From Candidatus Pacearchaeota archaeon (GTDB lineage: Archaea; Nanobdellota; Nanobdellia; Pacearchaeales; GW2011-AR1): 64,000 nt of DNA. Shown here piece by piece: positions 1-9,332 of the stretch. Position 1 is the stretch's first letter; each line of letters starts with the position of its first letter. Below the pieces are notes generated by a model that was not told the DNA's origin, did not search any database, and was given only the letters and a program-made list of their open reading frames with translations. The stretch is from contig JAWCQE010000001.1 of NCBI GenBank assembly GCA_038869895.1, positions 121,879-185,878 on the forward strand, given 5' to 3'. The position numbers were made by a program, and so were the translations under genes.

Positions 1-330
1 CGAAGGGTTCTTTGGCAATTGAGTAATGGCATGAGAGCTGGAAGTGATATTAGTGTTGTTGTAAAAGAAGAGATAAAAAATCTTGGAGAGGAACAGGCAA
101 TACAGATACAAAGTTATGGAGGTAAATTAAATCCTTTGGTTATGTTTTTTATGATTATCGCAGTAATTCTTCCGACTCTGGGAACAACATTCTTAATAAT
201 AATTGCTTCAATTATTGGCATTTCCGGAAATATGGTGAAATTAATGTTTATATCAATATTCATTTTTATATTGTTTGTCCAAATAATGTTTCTTGGACTA
301 ATTAAATCTAGGAGGCCAAGCTTAATATGA
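1..330 (+). CDS. C-terminal part of a type II secretion system F-domain (TadC/FlaJ-like) membrane protein; 5'-truncated by the window edge or a separate upstream ORF
   Basis: The frame is open from the window start. The tail contains a T2SSF-domain-like hydrophobic helix pair. It overlaps the next T2SSF ORF by 4 nt (ATGA). Confidence 0.45.
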   Translation, partial: RRVLWQLSNGMRAGSDISVVVKEEIKNLGEEQAIQIQSYGGKLNPLVMFFMIIAVILPTLGTTFLIIIASIIGISGNMVKLMFISIFIFILFVQIMFLGLIKSRRPSLI

Positions 331-1289
331 ATACTTTGAGATTTTATCCGGAATCTGTAAGGATAATTTACGAGAAAAATATAAAAAATTCTGGAATTAA
401 AATTTCTCCTGAAAAATTCCACAATAGGGTAATTTTAATTTCATTTTTAGCTATGGTTATTGCATCAACAATATTTTATTTTTTTAACATTAATATGTTT
501 TATTCAGTCATTATTTTTATATTACTAAATATTTTTTTCTATTTTAACATAAGTTTAAGAGCAAGCACAAGAATAAGGAAGATGGAGGAAGTTTTTCCTG
601 ACGTAATTTCTTTAACTGCAAGCAATTTGAGATCTGGGATTACTATTGATAGAGCATTTTTACTTTCCTCAAGGCCGGAATTTTCTCCTTTAGATGAAGA
701 GATTCTTAAAACTGGAAAAGATATAGCAACAGGAAAAGACATTTCATATTCTCTAAAAAAAATGAGTGAAAGAATAAATTCAGAAAAAATATCAAAAGTG
801 GTTACATTAATAACTTCTGGATTAAAATCTGGAGGGAATATTGCAGATTTGCTTGAACAGACTTCAAGTAATATGAAAGAAAAAGAATTTATAGAAAAAA
901 GAGTTGCCTCAAATATTTTAATGTACGTCATATTCATATTTTTTGCCATTGGTATTGGGGCACCAGTATTATTTGCGCTTAGTTCTGTCCTCGTTGATGT
1001 AATGCTTAATATAACTTCCAAAATTCCCGAGATACCATCCTCTCAACTTCAATTGCCTTTAACATTTAAACAAATTCCAGTTTCGCCAAATTTTGTTATG
1101 TATTTTGGTATACTTTTTATGTTAGTTACTGATTTAATATCAAGTCTTGTGATAGGATTTGTAAATAAAGGAGATGGAAAATCAGGACTTAAGTATTTTA
1201 TTCCACTTGTAACTTTTTCTTTATTAGTTTACTTTTTTGTTAAAAAAATAATCTCGAAATTTGTTATAGATTCTATCTCGGGAATCTAG
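327..1289 (+). CDS. Type II secretion system F-domain polytopic membrane protein (TadC/FlaJ-like pilus assembly platform)
   Basis: 320-aa ORF. A soluble T2SSF-like helical domain (RASTRIRKMEEVFPDVISLTASNLRSGITIDRAF...) is flanked by N- and C-terminal TM segments. Confidence 0.6.
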   Translation: MNTLRFYPESVRIIYEKNIKNSGIKISPEKFHNRVILISFLAMVIASTIFYFFNINMFYSVIIFILLNIFFYFNISLRASTRIRKMEEVFPDVISLTASNLRSGITIDRAFLLSSRPEFSPLDEEILKTGKDIATGKDISYSLKKMSERINSEKISKVVTLITSGLKSGGNIADLLEQTSSNMKEKEFIEKRVASNILMYVIFIFFAIGIGAPVLFALSSVLVDVMLNITSKIPEIPSSQLQLPLTFKQIPVSPNFVMYFGILFMLVTDLISSLVIGFVNKGDGKSGLKYFIPLVTFSLLVYFFVKKIISKFVIDSISGI

Positions 1290-1341
1290 CTTTGTTTAAA
1301 AGGAGAGATATGTTTAAAAATGACTTTTATTTTAAATTAAT

Positions 1342-2127
1342 ATGAAATTAAGAAAAAAGAGAAGTAATTCTAAGGTAAAAATTGGTAAGAAATTAAATAA
1401 AAAAAAGCAAAGTGAAAAAAATAAAAAAATAGATGAAAAATTAAAGAGAGTGTCAAGTGGGATTAAAAAATTTGACAAAATGACTTCTGGAGGTTTTGAA
1501 GAGAATTCAACGAATCTTGTTATTGGAGGAGATGGAAGCGGGAAAACCATCTTTGCCATGAGTTTTTTAATAGAAGGGATAAAAAGAGGAGAAAATGTCC
1601 TATATATAAATTTTGAGGAATCAAAGGAAAATTTTTTTAGAAATATGTTAGGACTTGGATGGGATTTAAGCAAGTTTGAAAGTTCTGGGAGATTCACTTT
1701 TCTTGAATATTCTCCTGAAAAAATAAAAATGATGATTGATGAAGGTGGAGGGGTTGTTGAGGAGATAATATTAAAAAATAAAATAAAAAGACTCGTAATT
1801 GATAGCTTGACAAGTTTTTTGATTTTATTTCCTTCAAAGCAACTTAAAAGACAAGCTATTTCATCTTTGTTTAATCTTATAGAAAAATGGGATTGTACAA
1901 GCATTTTGACTTTGCAGGAATTTTCAGAAGAAATTAAGAACAAAAGAGATTCTGAAGCAGAAAGCCAGGCAGATAGTATAATTCTTCTCTATCTTATAAA
2001 GGTAAAAAATGAAAGAAAAAGATTTATTGAAGTCTTAAAGATGAGGGGAACAAGACATTCAACAGGAACTTATGAATTCAAAATTAAAAAAGGAATTGAA
2101 ATAGGAAATAAGAAAATAATAAAATAA
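1342..2127 (+). CDS. KaiC/RecA-superfamily ATPase (FlaH-like accessory ATPase of archaeal type IV pilus or archaellum systems)
   Basis: Walker A GGDGSGKT and a KaiC-like fold signature. It lies immediately downstream of the TadC/FlaJ-like gene. The N-terminus is Lys-rich, so the true start may be further downstream. Confidence 0.6.
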   Translation: MKLRKKRSNSKVKIGKKLNKKKQSEKNKKIDEKLKRVSSGIKKFDKMTSGGFEENSTNLVIGGDGSGKTIFAMSFLIEGIKRGENVLYINFEESKENFFRNMLGLGWDLSKFESSGRFTFLEYSPEKIKMMIDEGGGVVEEIILKNKIKRLVIDSLTSFLILFPSKQLKRQAISSLFNLIEKWDCTSILTLQEFSEEIKNKRDSEAESQADSIILLYLIKVKNERKRFIEVLKMRGTRHSTGTYEFKIKKGIEIGNKKIIK

Positions 2128-2137
2128 TTAAACGTAA

Positions 2138-2569
2138 TTAAACTGCATCAACTAGGTTTCCAGTCGATGTTAAATTAAGGGCACTTCCTTGCTTTTTGTA
2201 TGTTATCTTTATGTCTCCTTGGAATTTTTGTCCTGCAGTTAGCGTGCATGGAACAGTAAATGTTGTTAAATTTCCATTATTTATGTCTTGTGGAAGAGTT
2301 GGACTTACAGTTCCTGTACATCCTGCAACAGTTATATCTGTTATAGACAATTGTTCTCCAGCTCCATGTATTAATTCTAATTGTATACCAGACGTTTCGG
2401 CAACCCCATTACATGAAAAAGGGGGGCTAAGACTACATCTATTTGGTACATAAGTTTTTGGATTGAAAACTCCAAAAAATGCAAGAGCTGCAATGACTAT
2501 AACTGCTGCTAAAATAGCCCAGCCATACGTCATCAAAAATTCCATCGCGGCCTGTCCTCTTTTTTTCAT
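2138..2569 (-). CDS. Archaeal type IV pilin-like protein (class III signal peptide), with its own upstream AT-rich intergenic region
   Basis: N-terminus MKKRG|QAAMEFLMTYGWAILAAVIVIAALAFF is a canonical class III signal peptide with a hydrophobic helix. 143 aa. Confidence 0.7.
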   Translation of the reverse strand: MKKRGQAAMEFLMTYGWAILAAVIVIAALAFFGVFNPKTYVPNRCSLSPPFSCNGVAETSGIQLELIHGAGEQLSITDITVAGCTGTVSPTLPQDINNGNLTTFTVPCTLTAGQKFQGDIKITYKKQGSALNLTSTGNLVDAV

Positions 2570-2826
2570 AAGTAACCTCCTTTGTATTAAGATAATAAAA
2601 TTATGTTAAATTCGTTTATAAACATTTCTGTTAGTTGACTCTTTTATTATTAGTTAGTAGAAGATAATAAAGAGAGAAACCTTTGTCTTTTTTATAAAAG
2701 TTAATAGTGTAAAAACTGCTAATTTTTTGAATTTTACTTTTTCAAATCTTTATTAATACTTTTATTCTTTCAAATTAATCTTTGATAGATTTTTTTAATT
2801 GACAATATCCTTTTGAAATTATTGTT

Positions 2827-3744
2827 TTAAGAGGCTGTTGCGTTGTAAATTTCTAAATGTCCTGAATCGAGCTTAAACCATGATGGCATTCCTTGTATTT
2901 GATGTGGTTGTGGATTGAGTGATGAAAAGTATATATAGTCGACGATAGATTTTTGCTTTACTTGAATCCCTTGATTTTCTAATTTTGGTAAATATACAAG
3001 AGATTCAATCCCATATTGGTTTGGAGTAATTTTTCCTTCTATTCTGTCAAGAAAACTCGGAGATAAATTCGAGGAGATATAATATGAATTTTTAGTATGT
3101 TCAATAAGTACCGAGGTATTGTTGCTTGGAAAGGCATCGTATATTGTTTTATTTATTTTATTTGAAATCTTTCCATTAGTATTTATAAAATATATTGGAT
3201 CTTCAAATCCTTCAATTGGGATTGTTGCAGTTATATTTTGGATTTTATTCCATCTTGCAAGATTAGATTTATCCTCCATAATAAAATTTGAAATGAAGGT
3301 GATTTTGACATTCCAAGGGTCACTTTGGTATACATAAATTGAAGAATTTGACATGTTAATTATAACATTAATTTTTCCAGCCTTCTCATTTATTGAGTCA
3401 ATTAAATCTCTATATCTTGCCCCAAGTAAGATGTCATTCTCTTCACCATTAACCGTTCCATTAAAAAAAGATTCATTAAAAAAATAATTTATGTCATTGA
3501 TGTAATTGCCAGATTTTATTATCTCATCTTCAGCAATGAAAATTATTCTAAATCCAGAAATAAAAATCTGTCTTTCAAGATTTAATTCAATAGAATTAAG
3601 AAAATTTTCCATTGTTGAGATTCTTGTCGCAGTTGAGTACCTTTGTTGAGATATTGAAAATACTTCAAATGTAATAAAAATAAGTATAATTAAAAATATT
3701 GCTATTAAAGTCATTACTTGTGCTTTTTTATTTTTTATTTTCAT
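2827..3744 (-). CDS. Pilin-like protein with class III-type signal (KKAQ-V plus hydrophobic helix)
   Basis: N-terminus MKIKNKKAQVMTLIAIFLIILIFITF. It is the last gene of the minus-strand pilin-like operon, 2 nt from the upstream gene. Confidence 0.5.
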   Translation of the reverse strand: MKIKNKKAQVMTLIAIFLIILIFITFEVFSISQQRYSTATRISTMENFLNSIELNLERQIFISGFRIIFIAEDEIIKSGNYINDINYFFNESFFNGTVNGEENDILLGARYRDLIDSINEKAGKINVIINMSNSSIYVYQSDPWNVKITFISNFIMEDKSNLARWNKIQNITATIPIEGFEDPIYFINTNGKISNKINKTIYDAFPSNNTSVLIEHTKNSYYISSNLSPSFLDRIEGKITPNQYGIESLVYLPKLENQGIQVKQKSIVDYIYFSSLNPQPHQIQGMPSWFKLDSGHLEIYNATAS

Positions 3745-3745
3745 T

Positions 3746-6208
3746 TTATCTCCAAACTCTTACTTGTACTTCTGTATCCCATGTGAAAGGTATGCCTTGT
3801 ATTTCCGAAGTGGTTAATGAAATGTCATTCTCTGTAAATTTAGTTTCAATTTTATTGTTTGAATTTAAATCAAGGTTTGTTAGAAGTCTATAAATTGCGA
3901 GATTTATTGCATCATTATTATTATATGCTATTGAATGAGAAGTATAGGAGCATTCATTTTGGCCAGAGTAGTTTGACGGAACTAATATTGTTGAATTCTC
4001 TCCATTTTCAAATTCAATATTCCATGCACATCCTTCGGCACTTGCTACTATTGGGGAGAATGATAACATTTTTTTGACTACTCTGTAAATTATTTTATTG
4101 TGTTCAGAACCCCCTGTTGAATTGTTTGGATTTAGCGCTGTTGATATTCTTATTTTATTTTCTCCGCTTAATATTTTTTCTGAAGGAATATTGACTGCAA
4201 ATGGATCTCCTAAAAATATATATGGAAGATTAAATTTTGACAAGTCGAAAATTTCTTCCCAGATACTTAAATTATAATTGTAAATTTGGACTTTATCTGT
4301 CCATTTTGAGCCAGAATATGAGATTGCAATAATTTCATATGGAGTTACATCTTCTGGAATAAATAATTCTCCTTCTGAAATTGTATTCCCGAACTCTTCA
4401 GTTTCGGCACTTATTATTAATCCATAAGGTGTTGAATCGCTATAATTTAGTTTAATGTATGAATCTGGATAGAGTGTTGATTTTATATTTTCAGAAATAA
4501 TTGTCTGCTCAAAATAAAGTGAATTTAGGATATCTTCCGCTATTTCAGAATATACAGATATTAATTCTTCAATATTTGAATGATAATAATTACCATTCCC
4601 ACATGATGCCATTGATTGAAGTGTTGTTTCATCCGCATTATCTCCAAAACCAACTGTATGTATTGTAATATTATGGTTATTGTATGCTTCACAAGCTGCT
4701 CTTATTGCATCTGCTGTAGCGCTGTTACTTCCAGGATAACATGTTCCTTGCATATTTCCGTCAGTCATTACAATCATAAATTTTTTTCTTGATTGCATTG
4801 ACTGAGCGACGAAACTTCCTGTGGCATTTATTACCCCACAACATACACAATTTCCAGCTTTTGTAGTCCATGAATTTATTGTATTATTTAATGAAATTAT
4901 GTTATTTGAAAGAGGATGATAATTGTTTGGATTTACTCCGCTGTTGTATCCAACTAAACCAACTCTATTTAAATCTAATTCTAAAACTATCTCTATAAGT
5001 CTTCTATTGGCATTTCTTGCTAAATCTATCATTTTTATTCCAAGAGAAGGAATATTACTATTCATGCTTGAGGATAAATCAGTCACTGAAAAAATATCCG
5101 CCCCTATATTTTGAGTTATTTGATAAGAAACATTTTCAAGTCCGAGCCTCAAAGGGATTGTTTTTCTGCTTAATTTTGAATAATCAAACATTTGTGTTAA
5201 ATTTGAATTTGGTATGATAATCTCAAAATCCCTCCCTCCGCTATTTCCATTATAAATTGTTATATTTCCAATTGTCATAAAAATATTTTGTGAACTATTG
5301 TAATGCAGAAAAATTTCCATTGATGTAAGATTTCCTAAAATGTAAAAGCTATCATAAATATTAATTAGTCCATCTATTCCCGGTAAATTTTTTTTTGATT
5401 CAAGTGTAGTAAGTTCTTCTTCATTATAAATTATCTTAACAAATCCCCCTCCGATGAATAAATTTCCGTTTTTCCCAACAAAAGTTAATTTATTTTTTTC
5501 GTTGTTAACTTGTGATAGATTTCCGAGTATGACGAATTTGTAAATTTCATTTGATTGAATATCGTGTTCTCCTACAAACTGGTTATTTATATATAAATAA
5601 AAGTCTTCAGAGAATATAGCTTCAACATATATACTCTCTATTTTACCATCACTTTCGAGAGTTATATTGCCATCACCAACATAACCCCCAAAATAAATAT
5701 ATTTTACTTTACTTGAAGATGATAAAAAGGCTCTTGAAGAATATCCTTTAACAGATTCTCCTTGTTTTATCCCAGATATTATTTGACGAGATGTCCAAAC
5801 ATCTTCTGCTTCTGATATTTCTTTTGATGAATTTTCTGCAATTAAAACATTACTAAAATAAATGGCTATATTATCATTTAAATTTATTTCATTTAAAATC
5901 TCTTGAGTCATAAGTGTTGCTTCAGGTTTTGACAACGCATAAAATTCTCCAATTTGTTCGAGAACTGATTGATTCAAATCTTTTATTTTTCCTTCAGAGA
6001 TTAATTGATTCACATAATCATTATCAATTTTTCCTATTTCAAGAGATGAAAGAGAATTTAATAAATCTTGTTGGACATATTTTTGTGTTATTTTTTGGTT
6101 GGTAGGAGGAGTTACACTTAGAATCACGATAATTATAATTATTAGGGCTATAAGTGCATCTAAACTAAAATAATATCCTTTCTTCCCATTTATAAGGTTA
6201 AATTTCAT
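3746..6208 (-). CDS. Large pilin-like protein with a von Willebrand factor A (vWA) domain; putative pilus-associated adhesin
   Basis: N-terminal class III-like signal (NGKKGYYFSLDALIALIIIIIVIL). The MIDAS motif DLSSSM (DxSxS) is followed by ...MIVMTDGN... and ...HTVGFGDNAD..., typical of a vWA fold. 820 aa. It overlaps the neighbours on both sides (6205/6208 and 3744/3746). Confidence 0.65.
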   Translation of the reverse strand: MKFNLINGKKGYYFSLDALIALIIIIIVILSVTPPTNQKITQKYVQQDLLNSLSSLEIGKIDNDYVNQLISEGKIKDLNQSVLEQIGEFYALSKPEATLMTQEILNEINLNDNIAIYFSNVLIAENSSKEISEAEDVWTSRQIISGIKQGESVKGYSSRAFLSSSSKVKYIYFGGYVGDGNITLESDGKIESIYVEAIFSEDFYLYINNQFVGEHDIQSNEIYKFVILGNLSQVNNEKNKLTFVGKNGNLFIGGGFVKIIYNEEELTTLESKKNLPGIDGLINIYDSFYILGNLTSMEIFLHYNSSQNIFMTIGNITIYNGNSGGRDFEIIIPNSNLTQMFDYSKLSRKTIPLRLGLENVSYQITQNIGADIFSVTDLSSSMNSNIPSLGIKMIDLARNANRRLIEIVLELDLNRVGLVGYNSGVNPNNYHPLSNNIISLNNTINSWTTKAGNCVCCGVINATGSFVAQSMQSRKKFMIVMTDGNMQGTCYPGSNSATADAIRAACEAYNNHNITIHTVGFGDNADETTLQSMASCGNGNYYHSNIEELISVYSEIAEDILNSLYFEQTIISENIKSTLYPDSYIKLNYSDSTPYGLIISAETEEFGNTISEGELFIPEDVTPYEIIAISYSGSKWTDKVQIYNYNLSIWEEIFDLSKFNLPYIFLGDPFAVNIPSEKILSGENKIRISTALNPNNSTGGSEHNKIIYRVVKKMLSFSPIVASAEGCAWNIEFENGENSTILVPSNYSGQNECSYTSHSIAYNNNDAINLAIYRLLTNLDLNSNNKIETKFTENDISLTTSEIQGIPFTWDTEVQVRVWR

Positions 6209-6672
6209 TTCCAGACATAAAGATTAAATTTAATTAGTTTATTTTTATAGACGCTGATTCTTTCTATTTTTATTAAATTCTCAATTTTGGTTGAATTTAT
6301 TCTTCCAATATATTCTTTTTGAGTTCCATTGATTTCAAGATTGTCTATTGTAAAATAGAAATCGTCTTTGACTCCAAGACGTCTCTTTAGTAATTCATAA
6401 TTTGAATTGTAGAAGTTTTCTAATTTAGTTTGATTTATTATATTATCTGATAGAATTCCGCTTTCATCATTATTTAATATCAATTCTGAAGCAGTTCTTC
6501 CTTGATTAAGTAAGTCGTCAAGTTGATTCCCTGCTTGATTTGCATAGTTGATTGTAAATATAAAAAGCATGATTATGCCAGATGTAAATATAATCATTGC
6601 AATAATTATATCCAGACTCCATGCCTGTGCTTTCTTTTTATTTCCTTTATTGATTAAGATAAACTTCACCAT
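6205..6672 (-). CDS. Pilin-like protein (class III signal peptide)
   Basis: N-terminus ...NKGNKKKAQAWSLDIIIAMIIFTSGIIMLFIF. Overlaps the upstream and downstream genes. Confidence 0.55.
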   Translation of the reverse strand: MVKFILINKGNKKKAQAWSLDIIIAMIIFTSGIIMLFIFTINYANQAGNQLDDLLNQGRTASELILNNDESGILSDNIINQTKLENFYNSNYELLKRRLGVKDDFYFTIDNLEINGTQKEYIGRINSTKIENLIKIERISVYKNKLIKFNLYVWK

Positions 6673-7036
6673 TTTCTTTCTTTATAATATTTTCTCCTTT
6701 TAGTATCTCTCCGTTTACAGGAACAATATTATAAAGAACTCCAGTATCTTCAGTATACACATATATGCTGTTGTTTACAATTTTTACTTCATAGTTTTTT
6801 CCAATTATAGTTTGAGGGAGATTAAATTTTCGGGAATAACCATTTGATGATTTTGATGCAAGAGCTATTTCCTCTCTGACATTAAGAGCTATATTTTGGA
6901 CAATTATGTTTTCTTTTTCTTTGTTCTTTTCATTTATATTTCCAGATATCACTCCAAGGAATAAAACAAAGAAGAAAAGTATAGCTCCAAAAATAACAAT
7001 GAATTCTATAATCCCTTGTCCTCTTTTATTTTTCAT
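6647..7036 (-). CDS. Pilin-like protein (class III signal peptide); first gene of the minus-strand pilin operon
   Basis: N-terminus MKNKRG|QGIIEFIVIFGAILFFFVLFLGVI. Confidence 0.6.
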   Translation of the reverse strand: MKNKRGQGIIEFIVIFGAILFFFVLFLGVISGNINEKNKEKENIIVQNIALNVREEIALASKSSNGYSRKFNLPQTIIGKNYEVKIVNNSIYVYTEDTGVLYNIVPVNGEILKGENIIKKENGEVYLNQ

Positions 7037-7090
7037 TTAATATATTAAGATAACAGTTGATATGATTATATAAAAATTGCCTTAATAGAA

Positions 7091-8221
7091 TTACTTTAGT
7101 CCAAGATTAGCGAGAAGTTCTTCTTTTGAAAATTTTTCTAAATTTTTGTAATCTTGCCCTGTCCCTAGGAATAAGATTGGTTTTCCAGTTATATACCCTA
7201 TTGAGATTGCAGTTCCCCCTTTTTCATCTATGTCTGCTTTGGTTAAAATAGAACCATTAATTTCAAATAATTCATTGAATGATTTTGCCTGTTCAACAGC
7301 ATCATTACCTGTTATTGACTCAGCTATAAAAAGTTTTATATCAGGTTTGCAGACTCTTATTATCTTCTCCATCTCTTTCATTAGATTACTCTTAGTGTGC
7401 ATTCTTCCTGCAGTATCTATCATAACCACTTTTATCCCGTGTGATTTTGCATAAGAAATTGCGTCAAATGCAACTGCTGCTGGATCAGAACCATACTCAT
7501 GACTTATAACTTTAATCCCGAGGTTGTCACCATGCTTTTTTAGTTGTTCTATTGATGCTGCTCTGAAAGTATCTGAAGCTGCAAACACACACGAGATTTT
7601 GTGTTCATTGAGATAATATGCAAGTTTTGAAATAGTTGTTGTTTTGCCACTTCCGTTTATCCCAAAAAATAAAATAACAAAAGGGCCTTCTTTTTTCTCT
7701 CTTATTTTTTCAATAATATCAAATGGTTCTACAAGAATTCTTTTTATAGATTCTTTCAAAGAATTTTTGATTTCACTTTCAATTTCAGATTTTTTAATTT
7801 CAATATTCACAATATCCTTTTCCATATCTTCTTTTATTTTATCAACAACATTTAATGCTACATTATTCTCCAATAAAAGTGATTCCAATTCTTCAAAGAA
7901 TTCATCAAATATTTCCTTTGTTAAGCGCGATGTTGTAAATCTTCTTTTAATTCTTTCAAAAAATCCTTGTTCTTTTTCTAATTCAGGCTCTCCGATTTTT
8001 TCTTCAACTTGTTCTATTGAGTGTTCAAGTTTAATTGCGTTATCTTCTTTTAGTTTCTCTAAATCCTTTTTTTGTTTTTCAACACCTTCATATTTTTTTT
8101 CAGGTTCCTTTTCAATTTTTTCTTTTTTCTTGTCTTTTTCGTACTCTTCAGATTTTTCATCTTCTTTTTTTCCAAAGAATTTTGAAAGCTTTTCCTTTAA
8201 TGATTTGAACATTTTCTTCAA
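7091..8221 (-). CDS. ftsY: Signal recognition particle receptor FtsY
   Basis: SRP-GTPase NG domain with GINGSGKTTT (G1), DTAGR (G3) and TKADID (G4). It has an N-terminal acidic/Lys-rich domain and no M domain, so it is FtsY rather than SRP54. Confidence 0.9.
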   Translation of the reverse strand: MKKMFKSLKEKLSKFFGKKEDEKSEEYEKDKKKEKIEKEPEKKYEGVEKQKKDLEKLKEDNAIKLEHSIEQVEEKIGEPELEKEQGFFERIKRRFTTSRLTKEIFDEFFEELESLLLENNVALNVVDKIKEDMEKDIVNIEIKKSEIESEIKNSLKESIKRILVEPFDIIEKIREKKEGPFVILFFGINGSGKTTTISKLAYYLNEHKISCVFAASDTFRAASIEQLKKHGDNLGIKVISHEYGSDPAAVAFDAISYAKSHGIKVVMIDTAGRMHTKSNLMKEMEKIIRVCKPDIKLFIAESITGNDAVEQAKSFNELFEINGSILTKADIDEKGGTAISIGYITGKPILFLGTGQDYKNLEKFSKEELLANLGLK

Positions 8222-8336
8222 TATTGTATCTCCGAAAGATATATATATATTTCCATTGAATTAATATAAACGTTAGTACGAGTATAACCGGAAATATAAT
8301 CAGACAGAGTGATAATCCACAAGGAACTTATCAGAT

Positions 8337-8372
8337 TTATACTAAGTCTGAGGTTTATACTAAGTCTGAGGT
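8337..8372. repeat. 18-bp perfect tandem duplication TTATACTAAGTCTGAGGT x2
   Basis: Read directly from the sequence. Confidence 0.8.
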
Positions 8373-8466
8373 AGATACGATTGTTCGGAACACTAAAAAT
8401 AATCTGTCTGCTTTCAACGATAGAATAGATCAAAAGATAAATTCATTAGATTATTATATCAGAGAA

Positions 8467-8757
8467 ATGGATTCCAAAATATATTCATGTGGTGCAAATT
8501 CGCCACAAGACTTTAATTTCAGAAGTGGAGAGAGTGTTTTTACCTCAGATGGAAAAGAAATCTCTGTTATTACTAAATATAATAATGGGACCGTGGTTTT
8601 TAAAGTTTCGGCACAGGATATTAATGAGACAATAGTTTCCATGGAAAAAAAGGGAACTTCTGCTTTAATCGACGGTAGTAAAATACAGCTTCATTCAGTC
8701 CAAACAGTAACCTCTCCTTATCGAATTTCTTATTACGATAAGTCTTGTAACATATAA
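8467..8757 (+). CDS. Hypothetical small protein. The frame is open upstream to 8260 without an ATG, and the upstream part encodes a duplicated YTKSEV from an 18-bp tandem repeat
   Basis: The frame was translated manually. There is no in-frame ATG upstream of 8467. Confidence 0.25.
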   Translation: MDSKIYSCGANSPQDFNFRSGESVFTSDGKEISVITKYNNGTVVFKVSAQDINETIVSMEKKGTSALIDGSKIQLHSVQTVTSPYRISYYDKSCNI

Positions 8758-8875
8758 TTTCCCTTTGACTAATCTATTTATTTTTTTCTTCTTTTTCTTT
8801 TTTAAATAAACCTTCCAGTTCTATTTAAATTGCAAACAAATTTAAACCCTAGAACACTTTATTTTAAAAGAGGGA

Positions 8876-9307
8876 ATGAATGATATGGCTCCAAATAATC
8901 CAGTTGATATCTCATATGATTTTGCACTAAAACTTAGAGATTTAGAAGAATCGCAGAAATTATCAAAAGAAAGACTTTTGCTTATAGGACAGAATCTAAT
9001 TGAAGCACAAGAGAAAAATATATCTGACATAACAGAGATTAAGAAGGCTATACAGAGTTTAAATGATGAATTAAAGAGAATAAAAAGTATTGTTTCAAAT
9101 TTGAGCGAGGAGATTTCAAAATCAGCGAGAAAAGAAGAACTTTCTATGGTTATAAAGCAGTGGAAAATGTTTGAACCTTTAGAGTTTGTTAGAATAAAAG
9201 ATTTGGATAGAGAAATAGATAAAAGATTAAAACACCATGGTAAGGAAACTTCGAAAGAAGAAACAAAAGAAAATGAAAAATATAAGTTTTGGTCAGGAAA
9301 ATTATAA
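8876..9307 (+). CDS. Hypothetical coiled-coil protein
   Basis: 143-aa ORF with heptad-like charged and hydrophobic periodicity. No recognisable motif. Confidence 0.4.
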   Translation: MNDMAPNNPVDISYDFALKLRDLEESQKLSKERLLLIGQNLIEAQEKNISDITEIKKAIQSLNDELKRIKSIVSNLSEEISKSARKEELSMVIKQWKMFEPLEFVRIKDLDREIDKRLKHHGKETSKEETKENEKYKFWSGKL

Positions 9308-9332
9308 AATGGAAATTCTTAGGAATTGGTAA

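Noticed and set aside
7644-8264. 206-aa plus-strand ORF rich in Ser/Phe/Ile
   Set aside because: It is antisense to the Lys/Glu-rich N-terminal domain of ftsY. Low-complexity mirror ORF.
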